DNA of 64,000 nucleotides, taken from Octopus vulgaris (Eukaryota). Under the pieces are notes generated by a model. The model made no database searches and was not told the DNA's origin. It saw nothing but the letters and a program-made list of their open reading frames with translations. The stretch is taken from the NCBI GenBank assembly GCA_951406725.2, contig OX597840.1:39246001-39310000 (forward strand). The letters are read 5' to 3'. Below are positions 32,281 to 46,887 of this stretch, one piece after another. Position 1 is the first letter of the stretch, and every line of letters begins with the position of its first letter. A program made the translations under genes and the position numbers.

Positions 32281-32488
32281 ATCGCGCGCTCACATTTTTG
32301 CGTTTCTTTTATCTCAATGTCTTATTCTACGTCTATCAACGCTCGGATACATTGCTTGACGAGCGTGCGTGCACATACACACACGCACAACAAATACACA
32401 CACACATACACACACACGTACGCAACAAATTTAGTAAATCGAAAAGCAAAAAAAAAAATTAGAGAGAATCTAACAAAATTCCAAACTA

Positions 32489-32520
<32 letters not shown>

Positions 32521-33284
32521 GCACCAACAGCAACAACAACACCATAAAACGACTTGATGCTGCGTTATCAATTGAAGTCTAATGACAATACTATCTATGT
32601 TAAGTCAGCTTTATCTCTATAACGTGGTAATTAGACAGGTGCCAGTAATTAGACTTCTCCTTTTCAATCATAATTACGTATAGCAAGTGGCTTGCTCGTA
32701 TTTTTTTCTGTTGTTGTTGTTGTTGTTGCTGTGGTGGTTGTTATTGTTGTTGTTGCTTGATTCTCGTTTGGTATCAGTCGGAAGGAGAATCTAAGAGCGG
32801 CCATTAATCAACAACATCTCAAGGAATTCAACTATTAGATTTTTGATATTATTGTCACTTGATCATTCCTTACAGTAGTAATTAGCAATGTATGATTGTC
32901 AAAGAATTAATTACTTGTTGAATTATAATCCTTGTAATTAGAAAATCATTCCCGAGAAGAAAAGAAGACACAGTAGGACAGTGTGGAGAAGCAGGCGCGG
33001 CAGAGTGATTTAGTCTTCGCTTTGCAACCACGACGGATCCTGGATCGATCCCACACTGTAGCATATTAAGACGCAGTTTTTAACATATCCATTGATCGAC
33101 CATTATTTTGTGATGTAAAAGAATCTATCTGGATGTTCGTCATTATATGAGCTCCTGGAGACGACTTCAGTCATACAATAGTTGAAAATGGGCAGTGATT
33201 GGTCAGCATTACCGACCAGACCTAGTGTCCAAATGATGGTGGTAAGTCGAGCTTCATCTCACAGATTCTCCTCTTCCACAGCTA

Positions 33285-33639
33285 GGCATTGGGTTTGTCG
33301 GGACCCCCTTCGGTCACGACACTGACCATGGGATTGCACCTAGAAAGTTTCCCTCCGAGGTACAAGTCTGGGCAAGGTTGTTTATGGAAGACCAGTAGTC
33401 GCCGATGCATACCGGCCTCCCCTCTTCATGCCACCAGTGTTATCCAAGGGAAAGGCAAAGGGGCCGATACAGCTCAGCACCAGTGATGTCACAATTCATT
33501 TCTACAGCTGAGTGAACTGGAGCAACGTGAAATAAAGTGTCCTGCTCAAGAACCCAACAAGCAGCCCGGTCCGGGATTCGAGATCACAACCTCATGATCG
33601 TAAGCTCGACGCTCTGACCTCTGAGCCATGCGCCTTCAC
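33285..33639 (-). mobile_element. tRNA-derived SINE, family D
   Basis: Minus-strand head GAAGGCGCATGGCTCAGAGGTCAGAGCG...TCGAATCCCGG with A and B boxes; unique body. Confidence 0.75.
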
Positions 33640-34429
33640 CTAGGCATTAATATGTGGCTAAATCTGCGAGTGTCCCTAGTAGATATATCATCTCATCTAG
33701 GTCATCCCATAGGACGCCCCATATTCATAGGGGTTTCGGTTGCACATACTATAGGAGTCACAGGGCGCTCCTCCATGTGGTGCTGCAGTTTGCATCTAAC
33801 TAGGAATATTAGGGTCTCGTCCATTGTCTTCCAAGTGCTGATGGAAATATTAAGACAATTGCTGAAACCGACCCGGCTGAACAAGAGAGTGGTGAGACCG
33901 CGAAAAGACCGGGCTGCAGAGGAAAGAGGTTGGTCACGTAGTGAATTTAAGGAAGGAGAGAATATAAGAAATAGGGAGTGGGGCAAAAGTAAAGGATATG
34001 TGTTCGTAGGTGATAGGGTAGGTAGATAGAAGAATAGAAAAAGAAGTAGAAAGACTGAGAGAGGGGAGGGAGATTGTCAGAAAGGGATTTATGGATACAA
34101 TGTATGAAGGAGAGAAAAGTAGGGAGTAAAGAAAAAGTGTGCAAAAGAGGAAAAGAAAGTACAGAAAGGATTAAGTGGGTAAATATGAAGAGTTGGGGTA
34201 ATTATGTAAAGCCAAATAGATAAATACAGAGGGTTGCCGCATATAATGAATAGAATAGGTAGCACATTAAGGGGAACAGGAAAAGGAGCTTGGCTTTACA
34301 TGGATTAATAATGGCAATATTATCTTTTATCATTTGACCAAGGCCATACTGGGGCACCGCCTTGAAATCTTTTAGCAGAACAAATCGCCCCTAGATTTCT
34401 CGAAAAGATTCTTCTGTGAAATGTCAATA

Positions 34430-34676
34430 GGCGCAGGTGTCGCTGTGTGGTAACTCGCTTGCTTACCAGCCACATGGTTCCAGGTTCATTCCCACTGAGT
34501 GGCACCTTGGGCAAGTGTCTTTTACTATAGCCTCGGGCCGACCAAAGCCTTGTCAGTATTAGGCTTACAAGGAATGAGTCCTAGGGTCGATTTGCTCGAC
34601 TAAAGGCGGTGCTCCAGCATGGCCGCAGTCGAATGACTGAAACAAGTGAAAGAGTAAAAAGAGAGTAAGAGTAAAA
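34430..34676 (+). mobile_element. Family B SINE with internal deletion
   Basis: Head and tail match 59398-59806; middle is missing. Confidence 0.8.
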
Positions 34677-34893
34677 TATAACGTCTCACATATGAGAAAA
34701 TTATACACACACACACACGCACACACATACTTACACACGCACACATGCACACGCACAAGTACACACGCCGCACGCACACACATACATATGTGTATGTATG
34801 TATATACATGTATATATATATATATATATGTGTGTGTGTATATATGTATATATATATATATATATATACATACCTATATATATATATATATAT

Positions 34894-34982
<89 letters not shown>

Positions 34983-35477
34983 GTTTATTCATCTATCTAC
35001 ATTGTTTAATGTACGGAACTCGAGACATTTAAGAAATATGGAGATGAGGTCAGATATATATAATTTCCGCTATTTTCTCTCTACCAAAAGAGGAAATGGT
35101 AATTAGTTTGAATACAACAGGTTATTTTCTGTTAAGATTTATCGGAATGTTTCTTCTCAGAAAGTTCAATAAAACACAACGTCTCAGATACAACAAAATT
35201 ATACACACACACGTACACACACACATATATGCATATACAAATAACCAACCCCCACACACAAACACACACGCACATATATGTATGTGTGTGTTTATATACG
35301 TGTATATATATACAAATCTCCACATAAGTCACACGATACATATAGATAACATACGAACAAACAACAGCACACGAGCAAATGAATTCATATATACACAAAA
35401 TGTATGTATACAAACACACGTTCACAGATGTATTTCAGCATGCAAGTAAGCTATAATACTGATATAATACATATATA

Positions 35478-36583
35478 CGTGGTGCGATGGGTGAATTGTC
35501 ACCATTTCATAATCTTTATTTCGAGCTTCTTCTTTGTTTTTGGTTTTGTCGACAACACAGTATAGTAGGATCAGTTGGACACCATCTGTGAGAAAAACAA
35601 CACCATGAGGCAGTTCGCAATCCCAGAAATTTGGTAGCTACATGCTCTACTGCTTGACATTCGAGCCCGAAGCACTAATACGAACTGAGAGTGATAAAAA
35701 TCAAACATCCAGTCAACATCAAGATATCGGGAGTGATCGCTAGTGATGGCGACGTTATTCTGCCATTCATCTTTCCACACGTTCTAAGAATTAACACGTT
35801 GGCCTGCATCAAGTGACAGCAGAAGGTAGTGCCGCCTTGCCTCAAGAGGGTGGCTGCTGGAAGATCCTTTGACTGGCAACAGAACTCTGCATCAAGCCAC
35901 ACAATCAGGCGCACCCAGTCATGGCTGTCAGACAATTTCTGCGACCACATCTAGTCACCTATCACCCCAGACTGCAACACTCTTGATTATTGTGTGGGGG
36001 GTACTGTTAAGCAAGAGAGAACCAACATTCCTTGTAACACCAAAGATGAACTGAAGGCAAGTATTATGGCAGCATTCACTAACAAAAACAAGAAGACCAC
36101 CCACGAGAGTTGCAAGAGATTATGAAGACTTCTGGAAGCTGCAGTTGGAGCCAATGGCGATTTTATTGAATAAACTTACTCTTTAGCATTTCAAGATATC
36201 TCTATGTAATTTTGGTAAGTATATAATAGGCGCAGCTTGGCTGTGTGGTAAGAAGCTTGCTTTCGAAATACATGAATCTAGGTTCAGTCCCATTGCGTGT
36301 CACTTTGAGCAAGTGTCTTGTACTATAGCCTCGGGCCGTCCTCTGACGTGTCGGTGGGTTTGGTAGAGGGAAAATGAAATGAAGCCCGTTGCATGAATAT
36401 ATGTGTGTATTTATGTTCCTCTGTGTGTGTTTCACTCTCACAATCACTCGATTACCGATGTTGGTGTGTTTACATCCCTGTTATCTCGTGGTTCTGTAAA
36501 AGTATAAGTCCTGGATTCGATTACTTCGACTGCAGTGTGGCTGCAGTTAAATCATTAGACGACAATTTGTTCACCGCACCATG
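35478..36583 (+). mobile_element. Decayed Tc1/mariner-superfamily DNA transposon (maT/DD37D-like) with a nested SINE
   Basis: Imperfect TIRs of about 26 bp (CGTGGTGCGATGGGTGAATTGTC / GACAATTTGTTCACCGCACCATG) flanked by TA; remnants KHPVNI..GVIASDG..PFIF, WQQNSASSHT, SPDCN.LDY, ANGDFIE. Confidence 0.8.
36229..36557 (+). mobile_element. Family B SINE, decayed, nested in the DNA transposon
   Basis: Homology to the other family B copies. Confidence 0.75.
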
Positions 36584-36881
36584 TAATATATATATATGTG
36601 TGCATGTGTGTGTGTGTGTGTGTGTGTGAGTGAGTGAGTGTGAATACATTTCTATATCTGTACACATACATGTATATATGTGCGTGCGTATTTGTTTATA
36701 AATTTGTATATATATATTTATAATTTAGGCATTTATGAATATATATAATGCATATATGTAATATATATATATGTGTGTATATGTTTGTGTGTATGTGCAA
36801 GCATATATTTCTGTGTCCTCCTTCCCCTCTCTCTCCCCACACACACATGAATATATGTATTTATATATACATATATATGTG

Positions 36882-36940
<59 letters not shown>

Positions 36941-38001
36941 TATATATATACGCGCACATACATGCATATGAGTGTGGGGGTGCACGCGCGCATGTTCCAG
37001 TGTGCCGCGGATATTTATATCCAAATATATACAGTTTATCTTTTTTAGTGCAGTTATTCCTTTCACTGTTTGGACTGGCGCCATTCCTAGTCTGGTCGAC
37101 CAAATTGGTCCCAGATTTTTTTTTTCCTACGGGAAGGTATTTATTTTATATTTGTTTTTGAGAAAAAAGAATCAGGAAAACACGATAATTTACGAGGTCA
37201 GTAATCAAACAAATTTCGTTGTCAAATTATTGGACATAACCAACTAAACACACACGTGCAGATATGCAAGTATAATACATACACATACACATTCACAAAT
37301 GCGTACATATACTCATTCATGTACATGCATTTTTACATACTATTTATACATAAATATACATGCATACATACATACGTATAAACATTTAAGATACACATTA
37401 ACATTCATACATACATTTATACATAGATTCATTCATATATAAATACATATTCACATAAACATATATACAACGTAGGTACATAGCTACATACTTACGTACA
37501 TACAATTATTGGGGCACTGGGATATGTAACACACTGCCTAAATAACAATCTTGAGAAATTAGGATTCTCAAAACCAAAACGGAGAAAGCTAATTCGAAGA
37601 CTACAGATCCAATCCATCAGTGGAGCTGTAAATATCTTTAAAAGTTTCCAGACGTTTATCATATAAATATATATGAGGATATCGATATATATATATGAGA
37701 AAAAAATACAAATCTGCGAATACATGCATACATACATACATACATACATACATACATACATACATACATACATACAACAATACTGTTGTAGACGTTGAAA
37801 TTCCAAGAGAACCTTGGGTCTATGTTAGAAAGCGGTTCTATCTCTATTGGCAAGAAGTCCTGCAATAGACTGAATAATATACATATATATATATATACAT
37901 ACATACATATATATACATGTGTGCGTGTGTGTGTATTCGCAGAGACATTTTGGCAAGCATACATCTATACACACATGCAACCATTCATAGTCACGTACAC
38001 A

Positions 38002-38061
<60 letters not shown>

Positions 38062-38177
38062 CCCCATCACTTGGGGTGACCGATAGAGTAAGTACTAGGC
38101 TTAGACCTGGGGTCAATTCGTTCGACTACAGGCAGTGCTCGAGCATGGCCGCAGTCAAAAGACTGGACCAAGTAATA

Positions 38178-38237
<60 letters not shown>

Positions 38238-38591
38238 CATTAAAGGGAGTGCTCAACACCACCTGGGTGGATATAATTTCTTTATATGAGAATTAAGGGA
38301 ACCATTGTCTTCATGTTAAGAATAGGAAAATATCGGAGTGTCTTAAATATTTATAAGCCAATAACATGGAGAAAGTTGTTCGTCTCCATTTTGCAAAACA
38401 CATATATGCACACACGTATGTATCTATGTATATGTATATGCATGTACATGTTTATATCAAACAATTCAAGTCAGTAGTAAACACTGCATTGGTAGATAAA
38501 TGTTTTATTTTATTTGTATTAGAGCAGAGAGCAAGAACATATTTCACAAAAGCATTCTGTCCAACGATAAAATCAGTGTCAATCGACCGCC

Positions 38592-38650
<59 letters not shown>

Positions 38651-38662
38651 CCGCCATTCATG

Positions 38663-38726
<64 letters not shown>

Positions 38727-39039
38727 CATAATTGTGTACGCTGCTTACAACCTCTTACGAATAGGAGTTTTGTTTACGGAGATGTAGCATATTCGAATCG
38801 TCAATGTTTGACTCAAAGTCGATGAGGTAAGAACAGCAGAGACAGACGATTGAATGAGCAACAAGCTATCATTTTATTTCGAGACGCCGAAAGGATGAGA
38901 TTGGAAACTGACCTTGGCAGTTTTTGAACCGAGAGAGCAGAGAGCAGGAACTGCCTTTGCAAAGTATTCTTGTACAACGTTGCAATCGCTGTCAATCGAC
39001 CGCCATTCATGTATACGCATACATGCATACACATATATA

Positions 39040-39083
<44 letters not shown>

Positions 39084-39372
39084 AAAAATAAGTTGGCTAG
39101 TATATGCAAGCTATATATATATGTATATATATATATACACATATATATACGTACTAATGTGTTTGTGTGTGTGACCGTGTGTACACTCTCATGCATACCA
39201 TGTATGAATTAATGGAAAAAATCTGGATTTATTTTCGTCTCTTTACGATTTTCCTGACTGGAAATCCCAGTTGGGTCATCTTTGCCTTTCATCGTCGCCC
39301 AGGTCGATAGAAAAAATTTCCAGTGAGGAAATTTAGTACTCGCTCTGTATACCACTTTCTTCCCTCACCTTT

Positions 39373-39407
<35 letters not shown>

Positions 39408-39903
39408 GTCCATCAATCTCTCTACATCTATCCTTTTATCTAACTCTCTCTCTATCTCTATCTGTCTTTTCTATAAAGTCATATATTTATATAATTTCGC
39501 TCAGGAAAAATAACAAACACAGAAATGACATTGTTATTAAAATGTAATCTACTTTTCTACAATAGCAAAGAGCAGAAGTCAATTTTCTAAGCTAAACAGA
39601 CATCGCTGTAAACATATCGATCTCTCGCTATTTGTTTTCTATAATCTGGAATTCGTGTATTCAGTCAGGTCTGCTACCAAAAAAAACAAAAAAAACCCAG
39701 CTGTTTAATGAGTTTAAAAATACAATTGTATAAGATGAACCATTAATTTAATAGCAATGCTGGTCATTATTTTTAGCAACAAGTATAATTGATCTTGTGT
39801 AACATAGAGACATACTATTTATATAGGATAGTCAAAAATTTATAAACACACATGCACTAGTGTCTATACGCTAAAATACATAGAGTGATACTTGCAAATA
39901 TGC

Positions 39904-39937
<34 letters not shown>

Positions 39938-39939
<2 letters not shown>

Positions 39940-40099
39940 CTGTGTGGTAAGTAGCTTGCTTACCAACCACATGGTTCCGGACTCAGTCCCACTGCGTGGC
40001 ACATTGGGCAAGTGTCTTCTACTATAGCCTCGAGCCGATCACACATTTGTGAGTGGATTTGGTGGACGGAAACTGAAAGAAGCCCGTCGTATATATGTG

Positions 40100-40140
<41 letters not shown>

Positions 40141-40362
40141 ATGTTTGTGTTTCTGTATTTGTCCCCCTAGCATTGCTTCACAACCGTTGCTGGTGTGTTT
40201 ATGTCCCCGTCACTTAGCGGTTCGGCAAAAGACCGATAGAATAAGTACTGGGCTTACAAAGAATAAGTCCCGGGGTTGAGTTGCTCGATTAAAGGCAGTG
40301 CTCCAGCATGGCCGCAGTCAAATGACTGAAACAAGTAAAAGAGTAAAACAGAGAGTAAAAGA
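39938..40362 (+). mobile_element. Family B SINE
   Basis: High similarity to 59398-59806; GTAAAAGA-type tail. Confidence 0.88.
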
Positions 40363-40596
40363 ATGTATAATAATAATAGGGAGTAAATCCAAACTTACAG
40401 GGAAAAATTAGATTTAGGATTAAATCAAATAAATTAAAAATTTTAAATTTAAATAATTTAATTTTAAATTTTATATTTTATATATTTTGAATATTATATT
40501 AAGTATATTTATTTTCCTGTTTTGGTTTATGTTTTTCACTGTTTGATTTGGCTAATAGTGGTTTTATCTCTAACATAATTTACATTTATATATATA

Positions 40597-40980
40597 CTAG
40601 CAGTATTGCCCGGCGTTGCTCGGGTTTGTAAGTGAAATAACTATAAAGCATTTTTAGAGAGTTATAGCCAAAAAATAGCCAAAAAAATGGGAAAAAAATT
40701 ATGGTAAATTTTTTTGAGGGTTAAAAAGGTCGAGTTGCGTCCCCTAGACAGTCTGTGGCTTGTGTTTCTGATTCTCGACCCCATGTCGAATTTATCGATT
40801 TTTTTCAGAACTGGGGTAACTTTTCAAAATTTTCACTGCGTTAGTTTTGAATTATGACATTGGGCTATGTGTGTGTCAAGTTTCATCAGAATCGGTTGAA
40901 AGCCGTGGTCAGGGTGAGGGTACAACCTGACAGACACACAGACACACACACAGACAAACTGCCGTTTATATATAGAGAGA
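40597..40980 (-). mobile_element. Complete non-autonomous Helitron
   Basis: Minus strand A|TCTCTCTATATATAAA...CCCGAGCAACGCCGGG...CTAG|T; inserted between A and T with no TSD. Confidence 0.88.
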
Positions 40981-41404
40981 TGTACGAGTGAGTATATAAA
41001 TAAGAATGTGTCATATGTGTATACGTGTCGATTTTTATTTACCAAATACACTAAAAATAAAACCCAACATACACACACACAAACTAACATACACATATGT
41101 GCATTAGAAGTGTGTTTATGTGGAATATATACACACATGTACCTAATTGCATATATCGGTCGTTCTCTACATGTGCACATAGATGATATGCATGCACGCA
41201 AGTACACAAGCAAAGCACACCAATACATGTATATATAATCACACACGCACATCCACACAGTTATACTCATAATTGTATGTACGTGCGTGTGTTTGTGCGT
41301 ATAATTGCATGTACCTGCTGACTCTATATATGCGTTCATAAATGCTTACATACACACATAGACACATGCACACTCATATATACATACCAACATAAACCCC
41401 ATTT

Positions 41405-41606
41405 TTCGCTTCTTTTTACTTGTTTCGGGCATTTGACTGTGGCCTTGCTGGAGTACCGACGTAAAAAGTGTTAGTCTTTGAAATCCTCCTCAGGATTTAT
41501 TCTTTGTAAGCCTAGGAATTATTTTATCGGGGACTCTTGTCGAACCGCTAGATTACGTGGACGTAAACACACCAGCAATGCTTGTCAAGCAATGACGAGC
41601 GGCAAA
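41405..41606 (-). mobile_element. Family B SINE 3' half, decayed
   Basis: Reverse complement of the family B tail. Confidence 0.7.
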
Positions 41607-41687
<81 letters not shown>

Positions 41688-41812
41688 CTGTGTGTGTGTG
41701 TGTGTATAAAATATGGAGGTGAAAATAGCAGAGAAATAAATCTAAGAACCAAGACGTTTCAATTAAGAAATAATTTGATAAAATGATTTTAAAATTATAT
41801 AAAGAAATATAG

Positions 41813-41855
41813 AATATTACCAGTTTCGATGATGAATTTCATTTTATCAAATATT
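41813..41855 (-). ncRNA. Minimal hammerhead ribozyme motif, U3-A8 variant
   Basis: AATAT-TTGATAA-aatgaaattcatcatc-GAAAC-TG-GTA-ATATT; 5-bp stem I; stem II slightly imperfect. Confidence 0.55.
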
Positions 41856-41930
41856 AGTAAAAAAATTTTTTTTTAAATGAGGTGTAAACTATTTATCTTC
41901 TGTTTGGGTGTCAAAAAATGTCTGGAGTTT

Positions 41931-41995
41931 TTTCGCTGAACCCTTCTTTAAATATAGTTTAAAAGAAACTATATTTAAAGAAGGGTTCAACGAAA
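41931..41995. repeat. 30-bp inverted repeat with a 5-nt loop
   Basis: TTTCGCTGAACCCTTCTTTAAATATAGTTT aaaag AAACTATATTTAAAGAAGGGTTCAACGAAA, one mismatch. Confidence 0.9.
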
Positions 41996-42129
41996 GGTGT
42001 TAGACTTCAAGGTGTTAGAGAGAAAGAGGGGCAGTTGCTGTGTATTGTCTAAAAATCCCCTGTGTCTTCCTGCCAAGGGAGTGACTTAAAAACATTTATT
42101 GAATGGGTTTTATATATACCTCTGTGTAA

Positions 42130-42164
<35 letters not shown>

Positions 42165-42832
42165 TGTATTGTGTTGAATGTCCTTTAAATATGTTTGGAA
42201 TGTGACCAACTGTGTGTTGATGGGTGAGTATGTTGTGATGAAAGTCTTGTTAAGGAAAGAATTAGGGTTTTCCCTTGAGTTTGATGTTTGCTTTTGAGTT
42301 TCTCCACCGGTGCCTACGTCTCCGTGCGTGATGCTTTTATTTAGGTGACACCAGATGCGTGTATCTGTGTGTGTGTGTGTTTGCGCTGTTTTTACTTTCT
42401 GTGTATGTGAGCGTTCTTATGTGTGTGTGTTTGTGTGTGTGCGGAGATGTTCATGTGTGTGTTTTTTGTGATATTTTAGTGTGTATGTTTTGTGTTTGTA
42501 CAGACGTGTGTGTGTAGGGTTTTTGCGATGTTTTTGTTTTGTGTGTATATGTGCGTGCGCTTGTGTTTGTGTTTACAAAAATAGCACACACACACACACA
42601 AACACATAAACACATAAACATAGTATGGTTTTTATTCCAACAAACGGTTTTTATTACAACAAATTGCTACCTATGCTACTACGTGTACAGGCTATTATTG
42701 CTACCAATTAAACAACGCAGTTTGAAGTCTGCATCGGTTCATCCATTTAATACAACCTACTTATGTCATTTCAGTAGCAGTTTTCTCCAGTTTGAGCAGA
42801 AGCAATGCGTGGACCATAGGAGCAGTCGTACG

Positions 42833-43302
42833 TACCCCAGAAAAGGGGAGGTTTCTATTCCCCGGCGGCCCCATTGCTCATTTTGTGAAAATTTTTAAGA
42901 GTCAAAAACCATCTTTGGAACATGAGTAATGTATATTCCCAGTTTGGAGATAATCAATCGCACACTTCCGAAGTTCTGCCGGTTTATATATATATGCACA
43001 TACACACACATACGCACACACACACATACATACACACGCACATCCTCAATAGTATATATTAACATAAGTACCTCATCAAGAGTAATCTCACTTGAAGCAA
43101 CCACAAACATGCTATGCGGTAGTTAAAACTGTTTACCCAGGGAAAGGGTTTCTGCCCCCAGGAGGCCCCATTACTCATTATATGAAAAGCTTTAAGAGTC
43201 TAAAACCATTCTCTGGAACATAACTAATATATATGTTCCCAGGTTGGAGAAAATCAGTTGCGAATTTCAGACTTTTGTGGGTATACACACACACATCATC
43301 AG

Positions 43303-43305
<3 letters not shown>
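42833..43305. repeat. Two diverged direct repeats of about 170 bp, possibly Helitron-related
   Basis: About 42833-42990 and 43134-43305 share GGCCCCATT.CTCATT...TTTAAGAGTC.AAAACCAT...TTGGAGA.AATCA; both end in (TA)n. Confidence 0.6.
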
Positions 43306-43359
<54 letters not shown>

Positions 43360-43405
43360 TTATATATATAGGTATATATATATATCTATATCTATATATA
43401 TATAT

Positions 43406-43460
<55 letters not shown>

Positions 43461-43983
43461 TGTAGGTAGATACATACATACTTACATACATATATACATA
43501 CATACATGTAGCTGTGTTGATGTGTGTTACGCAGAATACAAACAATAGATTTTTCTTTAAATTTAACTATAAGTAGTTTCCTGTCGTAGAGACAGTCTAT
43601 AGAGAGATATCTGCCGACTGACAGATATTTGCAACTATGATTACAAGTTACGATAAAAGAAGCCGTTGGTTGATGAATGCTCTTACCGCAAGTAACTATT
43701 ACTTCTCACAATGAAACGATATACACATATGTAAATTTGTGTGTTGACACATACGTGTATGTTGTGTCTATGGACTCGATGTATATATATATTGAACGTT
43801 ATAAACATTACGAAATATTTTTTTTATGTTTAATACACATATTGTAAAATAAAATTTAAATACAATAATAATAAGCGTAAAAAGCAACCATGTTCTACCT
43901 TTCTTCAACTGATATATTATTCTGTACACATTTACACACATTCGGAAAGAAGAAATATATATATATATACGTACGTATGTCTG

Positions 43984-44045
<62 letters not shown>

Positions 44046-44102
44046 CCTATATATTAAGTTAGACATGGCCTGGACCAATCTTGGGTCGAAATATATCTAA
44101 GT

Positions 44103-44146
<44 letters not shown>

Positions 44147-44187
44147 CATGTGTATGTATATATGGATATATGTTTATATATATATAT

Positions 44188-44280
<93 letters not shown>

Positions 44281-44814
44281 TATATATATATACATGCATA
44301 CATACATATATATATGCATAATTATAAAAATGCCCTTGTATACAGTTAAGCTAATATATATACATTTAGAGACGCATGCGTATGAACTCATACAAGTACG
44401 GATACATGCACATATATGTAAGCACTCACACATGTGCGTGTCCTTGCATACTAGTTCGTACGTCACGGCATATAGGTATTCGTGTATGTCTACATACGAG
44501 GCAGAAATAAATAAATCACATGTAATATCGATCGATGAGGATTTACCATTTATGATAACTGCTGGATATTTCTGTCTGACTCGGAATCGCTGTGGAAGGC
44601 GAGTGAAAAGAAGTGCAGAAAGTTGTACGAAGAAGAAGCACATGCAGTCCTTTACAGAACGTAAAGTCCTCCTTGTAGTAGTGACTGGAAGAGATTTGAC
44701 CATTTCTGTGGAATCTTAAATTACAAGATTTTGGAAAAATTTCTATCTATTAGCATCATTTCTCATATAAGAAAAATAATAAGCGAATAAAATATTTGGC
44801 CCTTTATATATATA

Positions 44815-45325
44815 CTAGCAGTATCGCCCGGCGTTGCTCGGGTTTGTAAGGGAAATAACTATATAAGCATTTTTAGAGAGTTACTTTCCTTATAAATTCG
44901 GGCTTTCTTAGCCATTTTTGTTTTGGTGTCTTCAAGCCATGAAGTCGTTGTTCTAAAAGAACGCTGGTTTCCTTCACAACGCATTACGACGTTGATTTCT
45001 TTACACTCCCTTCCCCACAGCTTCACGAGGGAGGGAAGGGGGAGAAGCAAACAGATGCAGCTGTGAGCGTGGACGCCAACTCCGCCGCCATCGACACACG
45101 ATGCATTTTATGCATTAAAATGGAATAAAAAATGATGTTAAATTATTTTTAAAATCGTAGACTCATCGTTGACGCGCGCTAATAGTCAGACGGGCTCGAT
45201 ATGAATCACGACTATAAGATACCCGAATTTGGTTAAACTGCACCGCAAAATGTGGGAGGAGTTAGGAATCTAAATCGAAGGGGACAGACACTCACACAAC
45301 TAGAGTTTTATATATATATATATAT
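44815..45325 (-). mobile_element. Non-autonomous Helitron
   Basis: Same hairpin-CTAG|T terminus; 5' part homologous to 21408-21560; 5' end merges into (TA)n. Confidence 0.85.
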
Positions 45326-45559
45326 ATACATACATAATTATAGTCATTCAGGACCTATAATCCTTTAAGGGATTCTAGCATCCTCGTTGTCCGGTTATGC
45401 ATTTTAAATATTTATGAATGAGAAAAACAAAAAAGGAAGGAAAATGGAGAAACTGACATGCGGACATCAGTTTATTTAAAGATATTCAAATCCATATAAG
45501 GAAATTCCAGACCCACGTCCAAAATAATTTGGACGGAAAATATATGCATTCTATATACG

Positions 45560-45780
45560 AGATCAGAACAGTACTAGAAGGGGTATTTTTCGTCTTGTCA
45601 CGGAGAAGTGAATTTTGGTAGAGAGAACTTGCAAGTCTACCAGATAGATGGAAGATAATTGTAGAAAATGACGAGAGTATATTTTGGATGAAAAAGAACT
45701 TTGTATATCTAAATTTCGAAAAATGCGTTTCTGCACTCTAAATTTTGTCATTGGAACTTTAAGATTCTCATAATGCCATA
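45560..45780 (+). pseudogene. mariner transposase C-terminal remnant
   Basis: SEFW*RELASLPDRWKIIVEND..YILD resembles the mariner GI..LP.RW..VV...G.Y tail. Confidence 0.55.
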
Positions 45781-46676
45781 TACAACCGTATTCGTAAAAT
45801 GAGACACGAGGTGAAACGTAATATCTCAATGTGAGCGAATTTATAATGATCCACTCAGCACTAAATGTACGTATTTTTGCTTTCAAATATTAATCTCAAT
45901 TTCCTATACTTCTATATATATTTGGCTTGTATATTCTGTAGTCTATAGGAGAGTCCTGTCAGTTATCATTATAATGATTCTACATTTCAAGTATCATTTT
46001 ATAATCTGACCGCTATTAGTTTTAAAATCTAATAGTTCATACCCAATCTCATTAATTTGGTTGGAATCACATTATATAAAGAAACATTCTAACATTTTAT
46101 CATTAAATCAGAGAACACACTGCGGCACACTTGCATATCATAAGGAATTTTCGAAATTCTGAGAGCATTTATTAAAAAAAAAACAATAAAACATTGAAGT
46201 TGTTTTGTGAAATTCGTGGAAGCCATTGGAAGAGAAATAAAAATACGTTCTTCATAAATCGAGGAAGATATGCATTTTTAATCACTTTGAAATCGTTTTA
46301 TGAGATATCAAACTTTTCGACGCACATCTGCGACACAGCTCCATTTCACCTCGTGTTTATTAAACTCATACCCTGAACGTGTCGCAGTCGTAAAATTTCG
46401 ACATTAAAGTATGTTTTTAACTGTGCATGCGAAGAAAACCAATGATAATTCTAATCAATTTTCAATGCGCCAGACAATCATAAAATATCAAAAGATACAG
46501 GTTGATAGTAATGTTAGATTAGTTGGTTCAGAATAGGCTTGTATAGTATGTGAGACCCACCTATAGACAATATACGCATTACTTTTCTTAGTACAAGGGA
46601 GTGAAACTACCATAAGCCACAGCATAATTGATAGAAAAGTGGACAGATGGATATCTCCAATGCATTGTGTTACATT

Positions 46677-46887
46677 CAGGGTGGCCCAAAAGAAGGTTTG
46701 CAGTTGTTCAAAAAACACTTTCGCATTCATATATTAAGAGTTTAGATTTTAATTTTTAAAAATATGAATCCATTAGTCTATGCTAATTTAGTTGATTGAA
46801 AGATAGAAATTTAAATGTAATAAAATGTTTTAAAAGAAATTTGAAGTGCCTACGTGATAACTGTAAGCCTACTTCTGGGCCACCCCG
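46677..46887. mobile_element. Tc1/mariner-type MITE
   Basis: Imperfect 29-bp TIRs CAGGGTGGCCCAAAAGAAGGTTTGCAGTT / AACTGTAAGCCTACTTCTGGGCCACCCCG. Confidence 0.75.

Larger units (their letters stand above)
41709..42380 (-). mobile_element. Probable Penelope-like 3' terminal region
   Basis: Ends in a TA/TG microsatellite and carries a hammerhead motif about 100 nt from its end, as in the 55-kb element; distal boundary uncertain. Confidence 0.45.

Noticed and set aside
33565-33639. tRNA gene (also the heads at 4419, 26774 and 28525-28598)
   Set aside because: These are tRNA-derived SINE heads that continue into repeat bodies, three of them with TSDs; no intact cloverleaf.
33680-34310. ORFs 33628-34029 and 33702-33986
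   Set aside because: No recognisable domain; probably an old repeat fragment.
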